NCBI GenBank assembly: GCA_902826145.1
Contig: CADEDT010000004.1
Span: forward strand, 5,905 to 69,904
Length of the DNA: 64,000 bases
Source of the DNA: an uncultured Caulobacteraceae bacterium
GTDB lineage: Bacteria; Pseudomonadota; Alphaproteobacteria; Caulobacterales; Aquidulcibacteraceae
Reading direction: 5' to 3'
Part shown: positions 46,827 through 58,399 of the stretch, in pieces
Numbering within the stretch: the first letter of the stretch is position 1
How the letters are laid out: every line of letters begins with the position of its first letter
The notes under the pieces: generated by a model
Seen by the model: the letters and a program-made list of their open reading frames with translations, nothing else
Told to the model about the DNA's origin: nothing
The model's database searches: none
Translations under genes and position numbers: made by a program

Positions 46827-48293
46827 CTAGTTCCCGCGCTCGACGGAATGTTGCCGGATCAGTTCGTCGCGTACCGCTTGGTCCTCATCAAGCTGCTCAC
46901 GGGCTTGCTTGCGCGCAAAGTCAATAGCCGCCGCCATCTGTTCTTGAAGTTGGTGCTCACGAAACTCTGCCAGTTCAGCGCGCGCCTTCTGTACTTCAGC
47001 GACGATCGACGCGGCCCGTTTTTCCGCTTCGAGCTGAAGGTCAAGAAGAGGATCGATCGGCGGTGGCGATATTTCCAACGACGGAAAGGCGTCGTTCGCG
47101 AAATACGGCGGATTGACCGCCGTTCTCACAGCCTGATTCTGCTGACGATACGTCTTCAGACTTTGGCGGCAGAGACCTTCCAGCCTGTGACAACTGTCAT
47201 CTATCTCAGCCCGGCGAGCCCGGGCTTGTTCAACGGCAGCTTGCGCCGACTCCACTGATCGTCTGGCTCGACCGCTGAAGTCCGTTAGCGTCTTCTCGTT
47301 GTCGGCTAGTTGGTCTTCGGTCTCGGCGCGTATGTGAGCAATCAGATCGTTCAGGCGCTTCTGTGCTTCAACATGGAGCCGTCCGAACTTGCCATAGTCC
47401 CAGTACGGATCGGTGAAGCTGGCCCGACCGTCCAGCATACCAATCGTGAACACGATGAGACCCAGGAAAAACAACAAAACTGAGTTTCCGATCGCCAACG
47501 GATTTTGAGTCAGATGTTCGAGTGCGGCGCCTGCATCGAATCCTCCTTCTTCTGTCACGAGGCTGACTTCGCGAGCGTGTGCGTAGAGCAAGTTCGCGAA
47601 TAGCGCGCCAACCACAAAGACGACCACCACGAGCCAGCCGATCGTGCGGGGAATCGGCATTCGGTTAGAAGCAAGGCGAATGCCGATCATACCGACCACA
47701 ACCCCCATGCCCACGTTCGTAGCGCTTACCGCGATCGCGTAGAAGGCACCTTGAAGGAGGCCCACCCCATGAGCGAAGAATGCCATGTTCAGCGCCGACT
47801 CCAACGCGACGCAGAAGACGAGTATGCCGACGCCGAGAACAACTTTGGGCATGCTCGGAATCTGGACGCTTCGCGCGAGCCGATGAGTTGCCCTAAAGGC
47901 GTTCAAATCCCGACGGCGCTCGTCTTCTTCTAGTGAGAGGTTTTCCAACTCTTTGCGGTTCTCTGCGACAGTCGCTGTCACCACGCTCTTGCAATCACTC
48001 ACCCAAGCTGTCGCATCTAGGTCCGGAGGGAAAAGAGCGCGGATACGATCACATGCGTCCCCAAGCCGCTCCCGCAGCCAGTCCATCAGCAGATCGCGCC
48101 CGTGCTCGAAGACTCCTACGATTTCCAATTCCTTGGCGGACAGTTGGGTGGCGCCGGCAGGAGGCAAGTTCTGGCGCGCGTCCGCGATTGCAGCGTCGTT
48201 GACCTTGAGAGCCGCCAATCGACTTTTCCATTTGGAGCCAAGCCCACCCTCCAGGTCTGGAATCCACTGCGTTTTCTGCCATTTCTCCGCCAT
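46827..48293 (-). CDS. Multi-TM membrane protein with coiled-coil termini
   Basis: ATG 48293 after a GGAGG SD; about four TM helices flanked by charged heptad-rich segments; 1 nt from the next gene. Confidence 0.75.
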   Translation of the reverse strand: MAEKWQKTQWIPDLEGGLGSKWKSRLAALKVNDAAIADARQNLPPAGATQLSAKELEIVGVFEHGRDLLMDWLRERLGDACDRIRALFPPDLDATAWVSDCKSVVTATVAENRKELENLSLEEDERRRDLNAFRATHRLARSVQIPSMPKVVLGVGILVFCVALESALNMAFFAHGVGLLQGAFYAIAVSATNVGMGVVVGMIGIRLASNRMPIPRTIGWLVVVVFVVGALFANLLYAHAREVSLVTEEGGFDAGAALEHLTQNPLAIGNSVLLFFLGLIVFTIGMLDGRASFTDPYWDYGKFGRLHVEAQKRLNDLIAHIRAETEDQLADNEKTLTDFSGRARRSVESAQAAVEQARARRAEIDDSCHRLEGLCRQSLKTYRQQNQAVRTAVNPPYFANDAFPSLEISPPPIDPLLDLQLEAEKRAASIVAEVQKARAELAEFREHQLQEQMAAAIDFARKQAREQLDEDQAVRDELIRQHSVERGN

Positions 48294-48652
48294 CGCCGCC
48301 GCCTCCCTCCCAATAATGTAACAACGCTGGGCTGAGTCGAGCGGTTTGTGATCTGTCCGGCCCGACCTGAAGCGGATCCGATCGACTGATCCATGCTGCC
48401 GACATAGAAAGGGGCGCTTGGCTTTCTGAGGGCCTAGATAAATGTCCGTGATCAAGTGTGATGCGAGCGGCTGCACGGCAAAAAGCCCTGGCCGAATATT
48501 CGCGCGTTGCGAAGCATGTCGCACATGGTGGTGTAGCAAGCACGGCACCAAGGGCAACAAATGCCCAGCGTGCGGTCACAAATACCTAAGGTGATCGCGT
48601 GGTCGGCCCGCAAGCGATAGGGATAGGTCTCGCGCGACAACATTATCCAGTG

Positions 48653-49204
48653 CTATCGTGAATAGTTGCGATCGCCCCATAAGTCCGCCGGACATTGCAA
48701 GCCCCACAACCCTCGTTGTGCGGACCTCGCTGCTCTTTCTTCGTCGGCGTACGCGCCATTGCTGTAACGCGGCCAATCACGGCCCCACCCCTGGGACACG
48801 ATGTAGTCGCCAAGATCGGCGCCATTGACACTGCATGTCGCCGTCACACGGTTGTATCGGTCAGTGCCGCCCGGCGCGCAGGCAACCGTTCGATTCGCAA
48901 TGAAGTCCGCAAGGGCGAGCGACGCTGTTTGATACACATCTATGTCGCCGCATCGAGCGCCGCGCTCTGGCGTATCAAAACCTGACAGACGAATACGCTC
49001 GCCGTGAATCTCGATCGTGTCACCGTCGATCACCGAAGCGATGCCGACGATTTCGTTCGTCGCGGGAGTGGGCGTTTCTGCTTGGGTTTGCTCCGTGGCG
49101 ACGTCAACATTGCAGCTAGTCACAGTCATCAATGCGAACGCGAGCATGACAGCACTATGCCAGCTAATATGCCGGCCTTCGGCATCCGTTTGACCACCGC
49201 TCAT
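48653..49204 (-). CDS. Thermonuclease (SNase-like) family, probably exported
   Basis: VIDGDTIEI, RIRLSGFDTPE, DRYNR, QRGLWG; lipobox-like VTSC. Confidence 0.92.
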   Translation of the reverse strand: MSGGQTDAEGRHISWHSAVMLAFALMTVTSCNVDVATEQTQAETPTPATNEIVGIASVIDGDTIEIHGERIRLSGFDTPERGARCGDIDVYQTASLALADFIANRTVACAPGGTDRYNRVTATCSVNGADLGDYIVSQGWGRDWPRYSNGAYADEERAARSAQRGLWGLQCPADLWGDRNYSR

Positions 49205-49274
49205 CGGGGCCTCCCCTTTCAACTTGTCCAGCTCATGGACTCTTTTGCTCGACAAGTGGAGCGTCGTCGGCAAG

Positions 49275-49484
49275 ATGACTTTGAGCGAGATATGGGAAGA
49301 CATGGCCTTTGACGCCGGCTCACGACCGCCGAAGCCGGTCCCACAACAGCCCATGGACGAGCCGATCGACTGGTTCGATTGGGTTTTGTCGATGGTCTTC
49401 TTCGGCGCGTTGCTCGTGCTGTGGGTGGGGTGGGCTGCCATGGCGATATGGTCCGCCGTTGTCCAGGCTTGGAGCATTTCCTAG
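49275..49484 (+). CDS. Possible small single-TM protein
   Basis: 69 aa with a C-terminal hydrophobic helix; no motif. Confidence 0.35.
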   Translation: MTLSEIWEDMAFDAGSRPPKPVPQQPMDEPIDWFDWVLSMVFFGALLVLWVGWAAMAIWSAVVQAWSIS

Positions 49485-49565
49485 CAGGGTGGAGCGCACG
49501 ATCTTGTCTAGGGCATGAGCTTGCGCCTTCAATGCAAGCATTCTCCATTCGCTTACAGCCGCCGC

Positions 49566-50579
49566 TCAATCAGTGACGGTGATGAACCGTCCGCCGCTCA
49601 GGACGACCAGATCGCGGTCACTGGGCACTTCCAACGCATAGTACTGCCAGCGGTCGGCGCCGCGATACCAGAAGTATCGAGCACGCGTAAAACGCAACGC
49701 CTCCATATTTCCACGCGCCGCTGTATGAAACTCAGCAATGTTGCGGTTCGCGGCGAAGCCTGCCCAGATCAAGTCAATGGTTCGATAGCCGCTGCCCAAA
49801 GTACGAACTTCCATGTCGTTCTCCCACACGCGGCGGGCCATGGCAGGACCGTATCGATTTCGAAGTTCGGGAAAGACCTGAACTTGCAACGCGATCAGCC
49901 GACGCTTGAACCTCTGTCTCACTTGTTCTTGCTCGGGCGACAGGTCAAGCGATGCGCCGTCCCGATACAGGCTGGCTAGGGTTGTAAACACGGCCACCGT
50001 TACAATGATCGTGTCCGGCGTACCGGTATTTTCCAACATTCGCTCGGGCGTCGCACTCTCCAGTTCGCGCTCCAGCCGCGCCACGTACTCGGTACGGCGT
50101 TGATCTGCGGCAGCAGTTGCTGCTGCGGCAGCGGCTTGCTGGCGGACTGCTTCTTGTGCCGCTCGTTGCGCTTCTTGAGCTTCGCGTTCTTCGGAAGTCA
50201 GAGCCCGCTGCGGTTCCGCCGTCCGGGAATTCTGCACAACAGCTTGAGACGGCAACTCCTGACCAGACGGTGGCGTAGGCAAGGCGCCGACCAGGGCGAG
50301 CAAACCGGTGTAGAGAAGGCCAGCAGCACGGGCACGACGCACACGCAATTTGTCGCTGGGTCGGTACATGAAGTAGCCGCCGGCAGCCAATACCAAGACC
50401 GCGAAGACAGCGACCACACGCTGATGCGGCGCTCCGAAGATGAACGCCAGGATGAAGCCACCAACCATCAAGGCGATGGGAGCAACAATCCAAATCCCGA
50501 GTTCGACTAGACGTGACAACCATGGTCGGCGTGGCGGTTCAGGCGTAACCGACACCACCGGTTCTACATCACTTGTCAT
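49566..50579 (-). CDS. Hypothetical membrane protein with coiled-coil stalk and C-terminal globular domain
   Basis: Three N-terminal TM segments, an Ala/Glu/Gln-rich helix, globular C-terminus. Confidence 0.7.
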   Translation of the reverse strand: MTSDVEPVVSVTPEPPRRPWLSRLVELGIWIVAPIALMVGGFILAFIFGAPHQRVVAVFAVLVLAAGGYFMYRPSDKLRVRRARAAGLLYTGLLALVGALPTPPSGQELPSQAVVQNSRTAEPQRALTSEEREAQEAQRAAQEAVRQQAAAAAATAAADQRRTEYVARLERELESATPERMLENTGTPDTIIVTVAVFTTLASLYRDGASLDLSPEQEQVRQRFKRRLIALQVQVFPELRNRYGPAMARRVWENDMEVRTLGSGYRTIDLIWAGFAANRNIAEFHTAARGNMEALRFTRARYFWYRGADRWQYYALEVPSDRDLVVLSGGRFITVTD

Positions 50580-50663
50580 CGCAGCCCCCCGACTGTTCGC
50601 CGGGGACAATAAGCACGCGAGTGAAGAGTGTGAATACGGCTCCGGTAGCGCCAGCGTTTGGTT

Positions 50664-51248
50664 CTAGGCCGCCACTGTCTCTTCCTTGGCTTCCAGGATG
50701 CGATAAACGGACGCGCGGCTGACGCCCGTCCGGCGGACGATCTCGGCCACGCCGTGCCCCTCAGCCTTCAGGGCGCGGACCTGAGACGCCTTCGCCTGGG
50801 CGGTAGGCGCCCTGCCCCGGTACTTTCCCTCGGCTTTCGCCTTGGCGATTCCGTAGCGCTGGCGTTCGAGCATCCATTCGCGCTCGGCCTGACAGATAGA
50901 TGCGGTCAGCGATAGCAACAGCCGGCCCGTCGGTGTGGACGTATCGAGGTCCATGTTGAGGATGCGGACCGTGACACCGCGCTTCGTAAGATCATCGACG
51001 ATGTTCAGGAGGTCGATGGTGTTGCGGGCCAGACGATCGGCTGCGGTGACGCAGAAGACATCGTGCTCGCGAACGTAGGCCAGGGCTTCGGCCAGCTTCG
51101 GGCGCACGGTGCTAACGCTTGAAACGTGCTCCGAGAAAATCTTGGTGGCGCCGGCGGCTTTCAGTTGGGCGATCTGGGCTTCGAGGCCCGCGCGTTGCTC
51201 CAGGGTTGAAGTACGTGCGTACGCGATGACGGCGCCGGTTGGGTTCAT
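50664..51248 (-). CDS. Small serine recombinase (resolvase/invertase) with C-terminal HTH
   Basis: IAYARTST.EQ (catalytic Ser), DRLARN, TPTGRL, ERQRYGI..AKAEGKYRGR, GVSRASVYR. Confidence 0.96.
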   Translation of the reverse strand: MNPTGAVIAYARTSTLEQRAGLEAQIAQLKAAGATKIFSEHVSSVSTVRPKLAEALAYVREHDVFCVTAADRLARNTIDLLNIVDDLTKRGVTVRILNMDLDTSTPTGRLLLSLTASICQAEREWMLERQRYGIAKAKAEGKYRGRAPTAQAKASQVRALKAEGHGVAEIVRRTGVSRASVYRILEAKEETVAA

Positions 51249-51320
51249 TCAAGTCTCACATGGTTCCTAAGCTTGAGAGACCAAGCGTCCCAGAAGCTTA
51301 CACCAACTCATGTGGTACAG

Positions 51321-51343
51321 GAAAGTTTCATATATCAACTTTC
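51321..51343. repeat. Inverted repeat GAAAGTT-N9-AACTTTC upstream of the serine recombinase (possible res subsite)
   Basis: 7-bp arms in an AT-rich intergenic region; a second imperfect IR (GTCTCA...TGAGAGAC) lies near 51253-51281. Confidence 0.35.
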
Positions 51344-51381
51344 TCTCTAGACCTCGATCGTATGAGATGCAACGAGCACTC

Positions 51382-51822
51382 TTACCTGGGCTGGAGCCGC
51401 CTCACAGCTTCGTGCAAGGACGCTTCGTCAATCATGACGCCGGTAGGCACGATGTTGCCTTCGGTATCGAGACAGGCTTGGAGATCGACAATACGAGGAT
51501 CGCGTGTGGTGAACGTTCCAGCGACCACTACCGTGTGATTCCGAAGGAGTGACGCATTCGCCCAAAGAAACTCGTCGTTGTTTAGAATAGTCAGGCAGTT
51601 CTCGGGCGGGCTGGTCTGGCTGGCGACAGCACGATCATACTCCTCCCGCGACTGATAGAGCGCACGCGAGTTTGTACCCAGCAGTACGTACCCCCTAACC
51701 AAAACTCGCTGTCCGTTGTATCGCTCGGGTTCACTGTTCAATTGTGCTGGTGTCGTGACCGGCACTGCGCCAAGCGACGTACATGCCTGAAGGAGCAGAA
51801 TCCCAGCAACTAAGCATCTCAT
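51382..51822 (-). CDS. Putative RHS immunity lipoprotein
   Basis: Starts 8 nt after the RHS stop; lipobox LQAC; EPERYNGQRVLVRG OB-fold-like start. Confidence 0.7.
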   Translation of the reverse strand: MRCLVAGILLLQACTSLGAVPVTTPAQLNSEPERYNGQRVLVRGYVLLGTNSRALYQSREEYDRAVASQTSPPENCLTILNNDEFLWANASLLRNHTVVVAGTFTTRDPRIVDLQACLDTEGNIVPTGVMIDEASLHEAVRRLQPR

Positions 51823-51830
51823 CGCGCACC

Positions 51831-54800
51831 CTATCTGCTCATGAATCGACGTTGCTGTTGGTTAAGGTTGTTCTGAATCCTCACGCGATCGGTGCTAGAG
51901 AGCGCCGATGCAGGAGCTTCGAACACGAGTTGTCCGTTCTCGATCTGGTGCCAACCAACTTGATCTCCCAGTACCGTCGCCATCGGAATACCATACTTCG
52001 CAATCGACTGAGTGTCGCCGTAGTATTGGTTCTCGGGTATGAGTTCATCGACCATAGTTCCGCGCTGCGATCGAACGCCGGCGCCGCCTGCACCGTCTGG
52101 CCTGGTTTGGTGGCCGTGCATGCCGAATTCAGTGTTTTCGGGCGGCACAGAGCCGGCAGTCTGCGCCGAGTTATTTGCAGTTGTCTCCACGTCCTGAGCA
52201 GGCTCAACACTTATCTCGCCATCTCGGCGTACTCCCCACGCCATGGGCTCGGGACCTGTTCGAACCGCCACGGTAGAAGTGTTGGCTTGTGCCGCAGCCT
52301 TGTGCTCGGCGGTCGGCACGGCGGTCTGGCCATTTGACCGTGCTGGATCGTAGGTGTCCGCCGTTATTCGGCAAGTTTCTGAGTTGCAGTTGGTTTCTCT
52401 GCCCGTTGGGTCGGTCAGATTCAATGGGTCATTTCCCACGTACAGATACAGATTCAAGTTGCCTTCGTACCCGATGGGATCAGCTTGCAGGAAGCGACCA
52501 AGGTTCGGGTCGTAGACTCGAGCCTTGTAATGATAGAGCTGAAGCTCCGCGAGAATAGCCTGCCCTGTGTAACGGAAACGCGGTCCCGTCCACTCACGCG
52601 GGATACCATAGGGATCGTAAGCGTACGTCGTAGCTGTACCACTCGCGTTTGTGGTCGCGATGATTGAGCCTTGCCGATCAGCGATCAACCAGTTTTGGCC
52701 TGAGCTTGTGCTTGAGCCCTCATACCAAATGAGCGGTTCATCAACGCCGGGACCGTGTGCGTATCGGCGCGCGACCGCGTTGGAGACATACTCGGCCACG
52801 AGCCGATCGCCGTCATAAAGAAATTCTGTTGTCGTTCCGCCCGTTGCGTACGACCGCAGCCGGCCTAGCGGATCGTACGTCAGCGTTCCGCTCACTGAGC
52901 CAGTCGCCGTCAGCAGTCGGTTTTCCAGATCGTAGGTGAAATTGCGCGAACCATCCGAGATCAGGTTCTGCCGGCCATCATAGTTGAACGCATTGCCGCC
53001 GACCGTCGTGTACCGATTGAGCCCGTCAGGGGTGTAGGCCTGATTGAGCGTCGAAACGGTGCGCTCATAGACCTGAACCAGTGTCCGAGAATTGACTTGG
53101 CCGGCGACGTTGTAGCCGAAGGTCCAATTCGCATCGTTGGTGGTCGTCGGGCCTTCGAGATTGTGGACCAGCGACGTCAGCCGCGAGGCTTGCGAATATC
53201 CGTAGCTCGTCAGCCCACCGGTCGGCAGACCATTAACGATCGCGCCACGCGACAACGATGTCCGCCGCGACATCGCATCGTAAGCGTAGTCAGCGATCAG
53301 ACTGTTGCCGCTCGCTGAGCCGTTGAGTTGCACCTGATCGACGCGGTTCAGAGCGTCATACGTGTATTGGACGTAGAGTGGATTCTGTGTCGTGGAGTCC
53401 GCCCAATCGAGGCGGGTGCGGTTCGAGGCGGCATCGTAGGCGAATTGAAGCCGCCGCCCGTAGCTCGTTTCGTACTGCAGCCGGCCCACTGTGTCGTAGC
53501 AATAATCAATGCCAGGATTGCCGGTCGCCGTGCAATCGCTTGACGGCGTTAACATCGTGGAGAAGCGAGCGAAGGTTCTGCGTCCGGCCAGATCGTAGCG
53601 GGATGTGACATCAGCACTGGTGCCGCCCGGGATGTCCTTCAGGATTTCGCGGTTCAGCGAGTCGTACTGATACGTGATCGTATCGGCGTCGCCGCTGCGG
53701 AGCCGCAGCGAGATACGGTTGTCGTTATCGTCGTAGTCGTTTGCTTCGTAGTCGGTCGTGCTGGCGACGCCAGACCCCAAAGTCCCGTTCGGAAAGTAAA
53801 GACGCTCCAGCCTATCGAAATCGTCATAGTCGAGATTGGACCGATTGCCGTTCGCATCCATCACGGTGTCGAGCTGCCCGTTCGCCGTCCAGGTCCGCGT
53901 CGCGTAGATTTGGACAGATGGCGTCCCATAACCTCGCCGCTCGAACCGCACTTGACCTTCGGCGTCGTACTCCGTGCGCGTGATGCGGTCCGCACCGCCT
54001 GACCCTTGCGCGGACAGCGTGCATGCGCTCGCGGGCAAGCTTCCATACACGGCAGTGTTCATTCGAACAGCGACGCAGTCGGGCCGGTTCAAAGGATCGT
54101 AGCTGTACTGGGTGATCCCGCCGTCCGAGTCAGTCATCCTTTCCGGACGACCGGTCGGGAGGTAAGCGTATGTCGTCGTCGACCAATCATTGGGCGATGA
54201 CAGTCCCGTCGCATGGCGAACGCGATCGACGAGTCCATCGGGGTTGTATCGCCATTCGGTGGCCGCGTTTGTACCTGATGGCCCGTCATAGCGCGTGAGC
54301 CGTCGCGAGGAATCGTAGGTCCCAGTGTGCACATTGCTGCGCGGATCAATGACGCTGGTGATGTCGCCGGCGGTGTTGCGCCCGAACGTCGTGACGATGT
54401 CGCTGGCGCCATTCTCGACCGTCACGGTCTGAAGGTAGTTGGTCGTGCCGTTGTACGCGTTGCGCACTTCCCTATCGGTTGGGTCGGTGCGCGTCAGCAA
54501 CTGGCCAAAGGCGTTCCAGGTATAATCCGTCTCGGGGTTCTCCGGGGACGTAGAACCATTCAACCCGTTATCCACACCGGGCTGGGTCATCCGTGAGACG
54601 AGGCAACGGTTCGCGAGCAACGTATAAGTCGTTGTGTTGCCGTTCCCGTCCGTCTCGGTCAGCGGCATGTTGCAGAGCGTGTCATACGTCGTGGTGGTGA
54701 CGATGTCGGTCGGCCCCCCCGGCGTCTCGCCCTTCCCAACTCGGCGAACGCCCGTACGGTTGTGACGCGTATCGTACGTGTAGATTTCGCGATTGGATTC

Positions 54801-57800
54801 CGGGTACGTGACGCTTTCGACGCGGCGGAAGTTATCGTACGTCGTCAACGTGTCATGGCCCAACCGGTTGGTCACTCGGACGGGCTGGCTGTGCTCGTCG
54901 TAGTAGGTGCGTGCGGCATTGCCGAGCGGATCGACCATGGCGCTGATACGACCCGTCGATATGTAGTATTGCGCGTCGTTGCCGACCGCGTCGGTGAGGC
55001 GTTCGACTTGGCCGCGCACGCGGGTGTCGGGATTACACGGCGGCGTCCCGCAGAGTGTCCACGCATAGTTGAAGGTGACAATCGGGCTCGATGGCGCGGA
55101 AGGCGCAAACACGCGCCAATCGGAGTCTCTTGAACCATCGTAGACCCAGGTGTTGCCATTCGTACCGGTGACCGACATCGTCCCTGGCCCCGACAGCGTC
55201 AGCGCGATCGTGGCGGTGCGGCTCGTCACCGTGTCGTCGCGAACGGTAAAGGCACCGCTGGTCAGCAGCGTGATGCTTCGGCCCAGATTGTTGGATATCG
55301 TCGTGTCATTGAAACTGACTATGACCCCTTCGCGGAAGGCCTGGCGGCGGAAACGCATCCACCGCACGCCACGAAATGGCCCATACGGTTGGGCAGTCAT
55401 GTCGCATGCGGTGAAGCCGCCGTTCCAGGTGCCGTAGAAGGACGTGGAGCCGTCGCGATTGGTCGCCCGGACGCACATGCGATTGTAGAACCAGCGGGCC
55501 GGTTCGTACTTGCCCGAAGGCGCCGGCGTGTAGCGATCGCCGAAGACTTCAATCTGCGTTGGATCGCCCGGCTGACCTAAGTAGGTCCCGTCTGCAAGCC
55601 TGAAGAAAGAACGATTGTCGGCACCATGCACGATCTGGACGGCGTTGTACCTTAGCTGCTCGTTCCACCACGCCAGTGAATGGATGGCGCCAAGCTGATA
55701 TTGAAGCGTGGCGAGATCGCTGCCTTGGTCTGCGCTGAGCGCCAGCAGCACGCGAATGGCGACGATGGTGTCTGTCGCCTCTCGGGGCGATTGATCTCCG
55801 AACGCGCGTTGCCCGTCGTTTTGCATGCGCGCTTCGGCCATCCAGTTCGAGGTCCAGCCGGTGTCCGCGAACCATTCGCCGTATGGCCCTCCAGGCGGCG
55901 GCTGACCGGGCGGCAGATCGCGCTGATATGGCGTGCCGGATCGGTAAGAGCGTTGGAAGCTTAGACTGTACGGATACGCGCCTTCGCCAACGACGATGTC
56001 GGGCGGCGGGGTATAGGTTACAGCGCCCGTCGCCATATCGACATTGTAGGCCTCGGCCCGCGACGTGAATTGCTGTTCGAGGAAGTCTTCGGGAATTGAG
56101 AAGATGCGTGCTGGATTAGTCTCCGCGTCGTTGGTGCCGGCGCCGCCCTTCAGTCCTTCCGCTGATGCAGTGACGACATGGGCAACACCCGTCGGACTGA
56201 TGGCGATGATCGCAGTACCTCGCTCGGGTCCAGGAAAACCACATGCGCCGCCTCCAACAGCGCCGCCAGGACCGCAGACGACGATGCTGGCGAGCCCTGG
56301 ACCAAGACTAGAACTGCGCGGCAGGATGACCGTGTATCCGGCATCGACGTAGCCTTCGGCCAAATCCCAGGTATCGGCGTTGCCATAGTAGCCGTCAGCC
56401 AAAATCTGGCTTTCCACGTAGGCTTTGTTCGACGAGTTGGCCAAATAGAACCGGCGGTCACCCGAGGCACTCGCGCTGAACCAATCGAACCGCGTCGCCG
56501 TCGAGATCGGATTGACCGCATCTAGGTTCTGTTCGAGCGCACTGCCCTCCAGTGCGCCGAGCAACGCAACGGTGGCGCGTCGAACCGCCTGGGTTTGAGT
56601 GGCGTCCGCTGTGTTTGAGTTCGCGGAGAACGCGCCTTGAGTCGAAAGCCCGCCAATCGACGTGACGGGCGTGATCGAGGACCCTCCGATGAACGAAATG
56701 GTGCGCGCGGTCACCAGCATGTCGTGGACGACGATCGTCGAGTCACCGAGTTCGCTGGCCATGTCCAACGCCGAACTAAACTGCGTGGCTAGAGAGGTCG
56801 CGTACCGGCGCTTGGTCGCATGTTGACCGCCCGTCACAACTGGATCACCCGGTTCCTCGCCAACTGTAGGCTGGATCGATACCCAGCCCTCTTCCGCCGA
56901 TGAACGTGCTTCGATGTATGCGCCGAAGTCCGGCGTCATCCGACCAGCGCCGATGATAAATTGCGCGCCGCCAGCGAAGAAGTCGTCAGCAACGCCGCTC
57001 AGCGTCCGGTCCATGTACGCGCCGCTGTTTGCGGCGTACGGATGATTGAACGCCACCGACATGGCGGCGCTGGCGCCAATGCGCCACGGCGTGATCGGCT
57101 CGCTACTGCGGTAGAAGCGATACTGGACCGGATCGGGCGAGCCTTGCGCGGGCAATATCTGCATCGGAATGAGCGCAAGCTCTTCGCCGTAGATTTCATC
57201 GAGTGTCCAGTTGAAAATATCGTTCGCCGTGACGGTGATCGTGGTCTGAGTTCTGAGCGCGAGTGGCACGTCGTTGTTGAACGTCGCCCGCACCGTTCCT
57301 TGCGTGTACGGCAGCGACGTGGGCAACGTGCCTTGAAAAACGACGATGTCGCGACCGCCAACAATGTCCTCGATCTCGTCATTGGCGTGATTGGTGCGGA
57401 TGTCGTTCAGCAGATTCACTGAGTAGGTCTGCAAGTTGGATCGTACATTATTTCGGTTGAACGTGGCGACTTGCGGGGCGCCGGTCGTTGAGGATGATGA
57501 GCCGTTCAAGGCGCCGCCAGACCCGGTGGACATAAAGGTCGAGGGATTGAACCCCATCACCGTATCGAGATTGGTGATGCCCGTTCGAACCGTGTGACTC
57601 TTGAAGCTGGGATCGAGACGGCGAAGCTGACTATCGACCGTCACTTCCACCCATATGTGCAGCAAGGTGTAGGTCGTCGAACCGCCGCTGCCTGAGGTCG
57701 AGTACGGAATGCCGCCGTCAGCAAGGACTTCATTCAAGGCGGTGACGTTGCTCACGCCGAGCCAGTCGCCCATCTGCGTCAGTGTCAGTCCCGTGATCTC

Positions 57801-58229
57801 ACCGAACTTGTAAACCGGCGCGTAGCCAGCGGCGCGCAACAGTTCGCCTAGGAGATGCGCTTGGTCGAATGGCGTGCATGCCTTGTCGATCAGGCACCCC
57901 CGCGCCCCCTTCTGCACGCCAAACATCGGCACGACTTCGATCTCGTTGTAGACGAAGGCGAAGATGCGAGTGGGATCGTCGCCAAAGGCTGAAGCCGTTC
58001 GTTCTATGAGCGGGTCTGAAGGACGGGTCGGACTGGTCAGTCCAACGCCGCTGAAATAGGTCCAAGCAGCGGAGGGCGTCACAGCGGGCGCGTCACCGAT
58101 CACGATAGATTCTTGAGCCGACGCTTGGTCAGCGCAAACGATCGGCACGGCAAGCGACAACACAACGGCGTTCAGGACGCCTATCGCTAAGCCTCGAAGA
58201 CCTCGCATCCCCGCCTCCGCTCGCATCAC
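51831..58229 (-). CDS. RHS/YD-repeat polymorphic toxin with Sec signal, transglutaminase-like N-domain and unknown C-terminal domain
   Basis: Signal ending [31 protein letters not shown]; many YD repeats; core FRYTGQ...[13 protein letters not shown]...PLNLTDPTG; about 189-aa C-terminal domain. Confidence 0.93.
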   Translation of the reverse strand: MMRAEAGMRGLRGLAIGVLNAVVLSLAVPIVCADQASAQESIVIGDAPAVTPSAAWTYFSGVGLTSPTRPSDPLIERTASAFGDDPTRIFAFVYNEIEVVPMFGVQKGARGCLIDKACTPFDQAHLLGELLRAAGYAPVYKFGEITGLTLTQMGDWLGVSNVTALNEVLADGGIPYSTSGSGGSTTYTLLHIWVEVTVDSQLRRLDPSFKSHTVRTGITNLDTVMGFNPSTFMSTGSGGALNGSSSSTTGAPQVATFNRNNVRSNLQTYSVNLLNDIRTNHANDEIEDIVGGRDIVVFQGTLPTSLPYTQGTVRATFNNDVPLALRTQTTITVTANDIFNWTLDEIYGEELALIPMQILPAQGSPDPVQYRFYRSSEPITPWRIGASAAMSVAFNHPYAANSGAYMDRTLSGVADDFFAGGAQFIIGAGRMTPDFGAYIEARSSAEEGWVSIQPTVGEEPGDPVVTGGQHATKRRYATSLATQFSSALDMASELGDSTIVVHDMLVTARTISFIGGSSITPVTSIGGLSTQGAFSANSNTADATQTQAVRRATVALLGALEGSALEQNLDAVNPISTATRFDWFSASASGDRRFYLANSSNKAYVESQILADGYYGNADTWDLAEGYVDAGYTVILPRSSSLGPGLASIVVCGPGGAVGGGACGFPGPERGTAIIAISPTGVAHVVTASAEGLKGGAGTNDAETNPARIFSIPEDFLEQQFTSRAEAYNVDMATGAVTYTPPPDIVVGEGAYPYSLSFQRSYRSGTPYQRDLPPGQPPPGGPYGEWFADTGWTSNWMAEARMQNDGQRAFGDQSPREATDTIVAIRVLLALSADQGSDLATLQYQLGAIHSLAWWNEQLRYNAVQIVHGADNRSFFRLADGTYLGQPGDPTQIEVFGDRYTPAPSGKYEPARWFYNRMCVRATNRDGSTSFYGTWNGGFTACDMTAQPYGPFRGVRWMRFRRQAFREGVIVSFNDTTISNNLGRSITLLTSGAFTVRDDTVTSRTATIALTLSGPGTMSVTGTNGNTWVYDGSRDSDWRVFAPSAPSSPIVTFNYAWTLCGTPPCNPDTRVRGQVERLTDAVGNDAQYYISTGRISAMVDPLGNAARTYYDEHSQPVRVTNRLGHDTLTTYDNFRRVESVTYPESNREIYTYDTRHNRTGVRRVGKGETPGGPTDIVTTTTYDTLCNMPLTETDGNGNTTTYTLLANRCLVSRMTQPGVDNGLNGSTSPENPETDYTWNAFGQLLTRTDPTDREVRNAYNGTTNYLQTVTVENGASDIVTTFGRNTAGDITSVIDPRSNVHTGTYDSSRRLTRYDGPSGTNAATEWRYNPDGLVDRVRHATGLSSPNDWSTTTYAYLPTGRPERMTDSDGGITQYSYDPLNRPDCVAVRMNTAVYGSLPASACTLSAQGSGGADRITRTEYDAEGQVRFERRGYGTPSVQIYATRTWTANGQLDTVMDANGNRSNLDYDDFDRLERLYFPNGTLGSGVASTTDYEANDYDDNDNRISLRLRSGDADTITYQYDSLNREILKDIPGGTSADVTSRYDLAGRRTFARFSTMLTPSSDCTATGNPGIDYCYDTVGRLQYETSYGRRLQFAYDAASNRTRLDWADSTTQNPLYVQYTYDALNRVDQVQLNGSASGNSLIADYAYDAMSRRTSLSRGAIVNGLPTGGLTSYGYSQASRLTSLVHNLEGPTTTNDANWTFGYNVAGQVNSRTLVQVYERTVSTLNQAYTPDGLNRYTTVGGNAFNYDGRQNLISDGSRNFTYDLENRLLTATGSVSGTLTYDPLGRLRSYATGGTTTEFLYDGDRLVAEYVSNAVARRYAHGPGVDEPLIWYEGSSTSSGQNWLIADRQGSIIATTNASGTATTYAYDPYGIPREWTGPRFRYTGQAILAELQLYHYKARVYDPNLGRFLQADPIGYEGNLNLYLYVGNDPLNLTDPTGRETNCNSETCRITADTYDPARSNGQTAVPTAEHKAAAQANTSTVAVRTGPEPMAWGVRRDGEISVEPAQDVETTANNSAQTAGSVPPENTEFGMHGHQTRPDGAGGAGVRSQRGTMVDELIPENQYYGDTQSIAKYGIPMATVLGDQVGWHQIENGQLVFEAPASALSSTDRVRIQNNLNQQQRRFMSR

Positions 58230-58399
58230 GAACGCACGAAGAGAAATTTGTGCAGCACGTTAGTTCAAACAGATCGATGACATCGATGCAATCGAAAGGA
58301 GAGTTCTTGCGAATTTTTCAACTCTGGTGTTGGATGGCTTCGCTTGCTGGCCCCGTGTGCTGCGCGTGGTCTTCATCCTGTCGGCTGTTCGGGGGAGGC

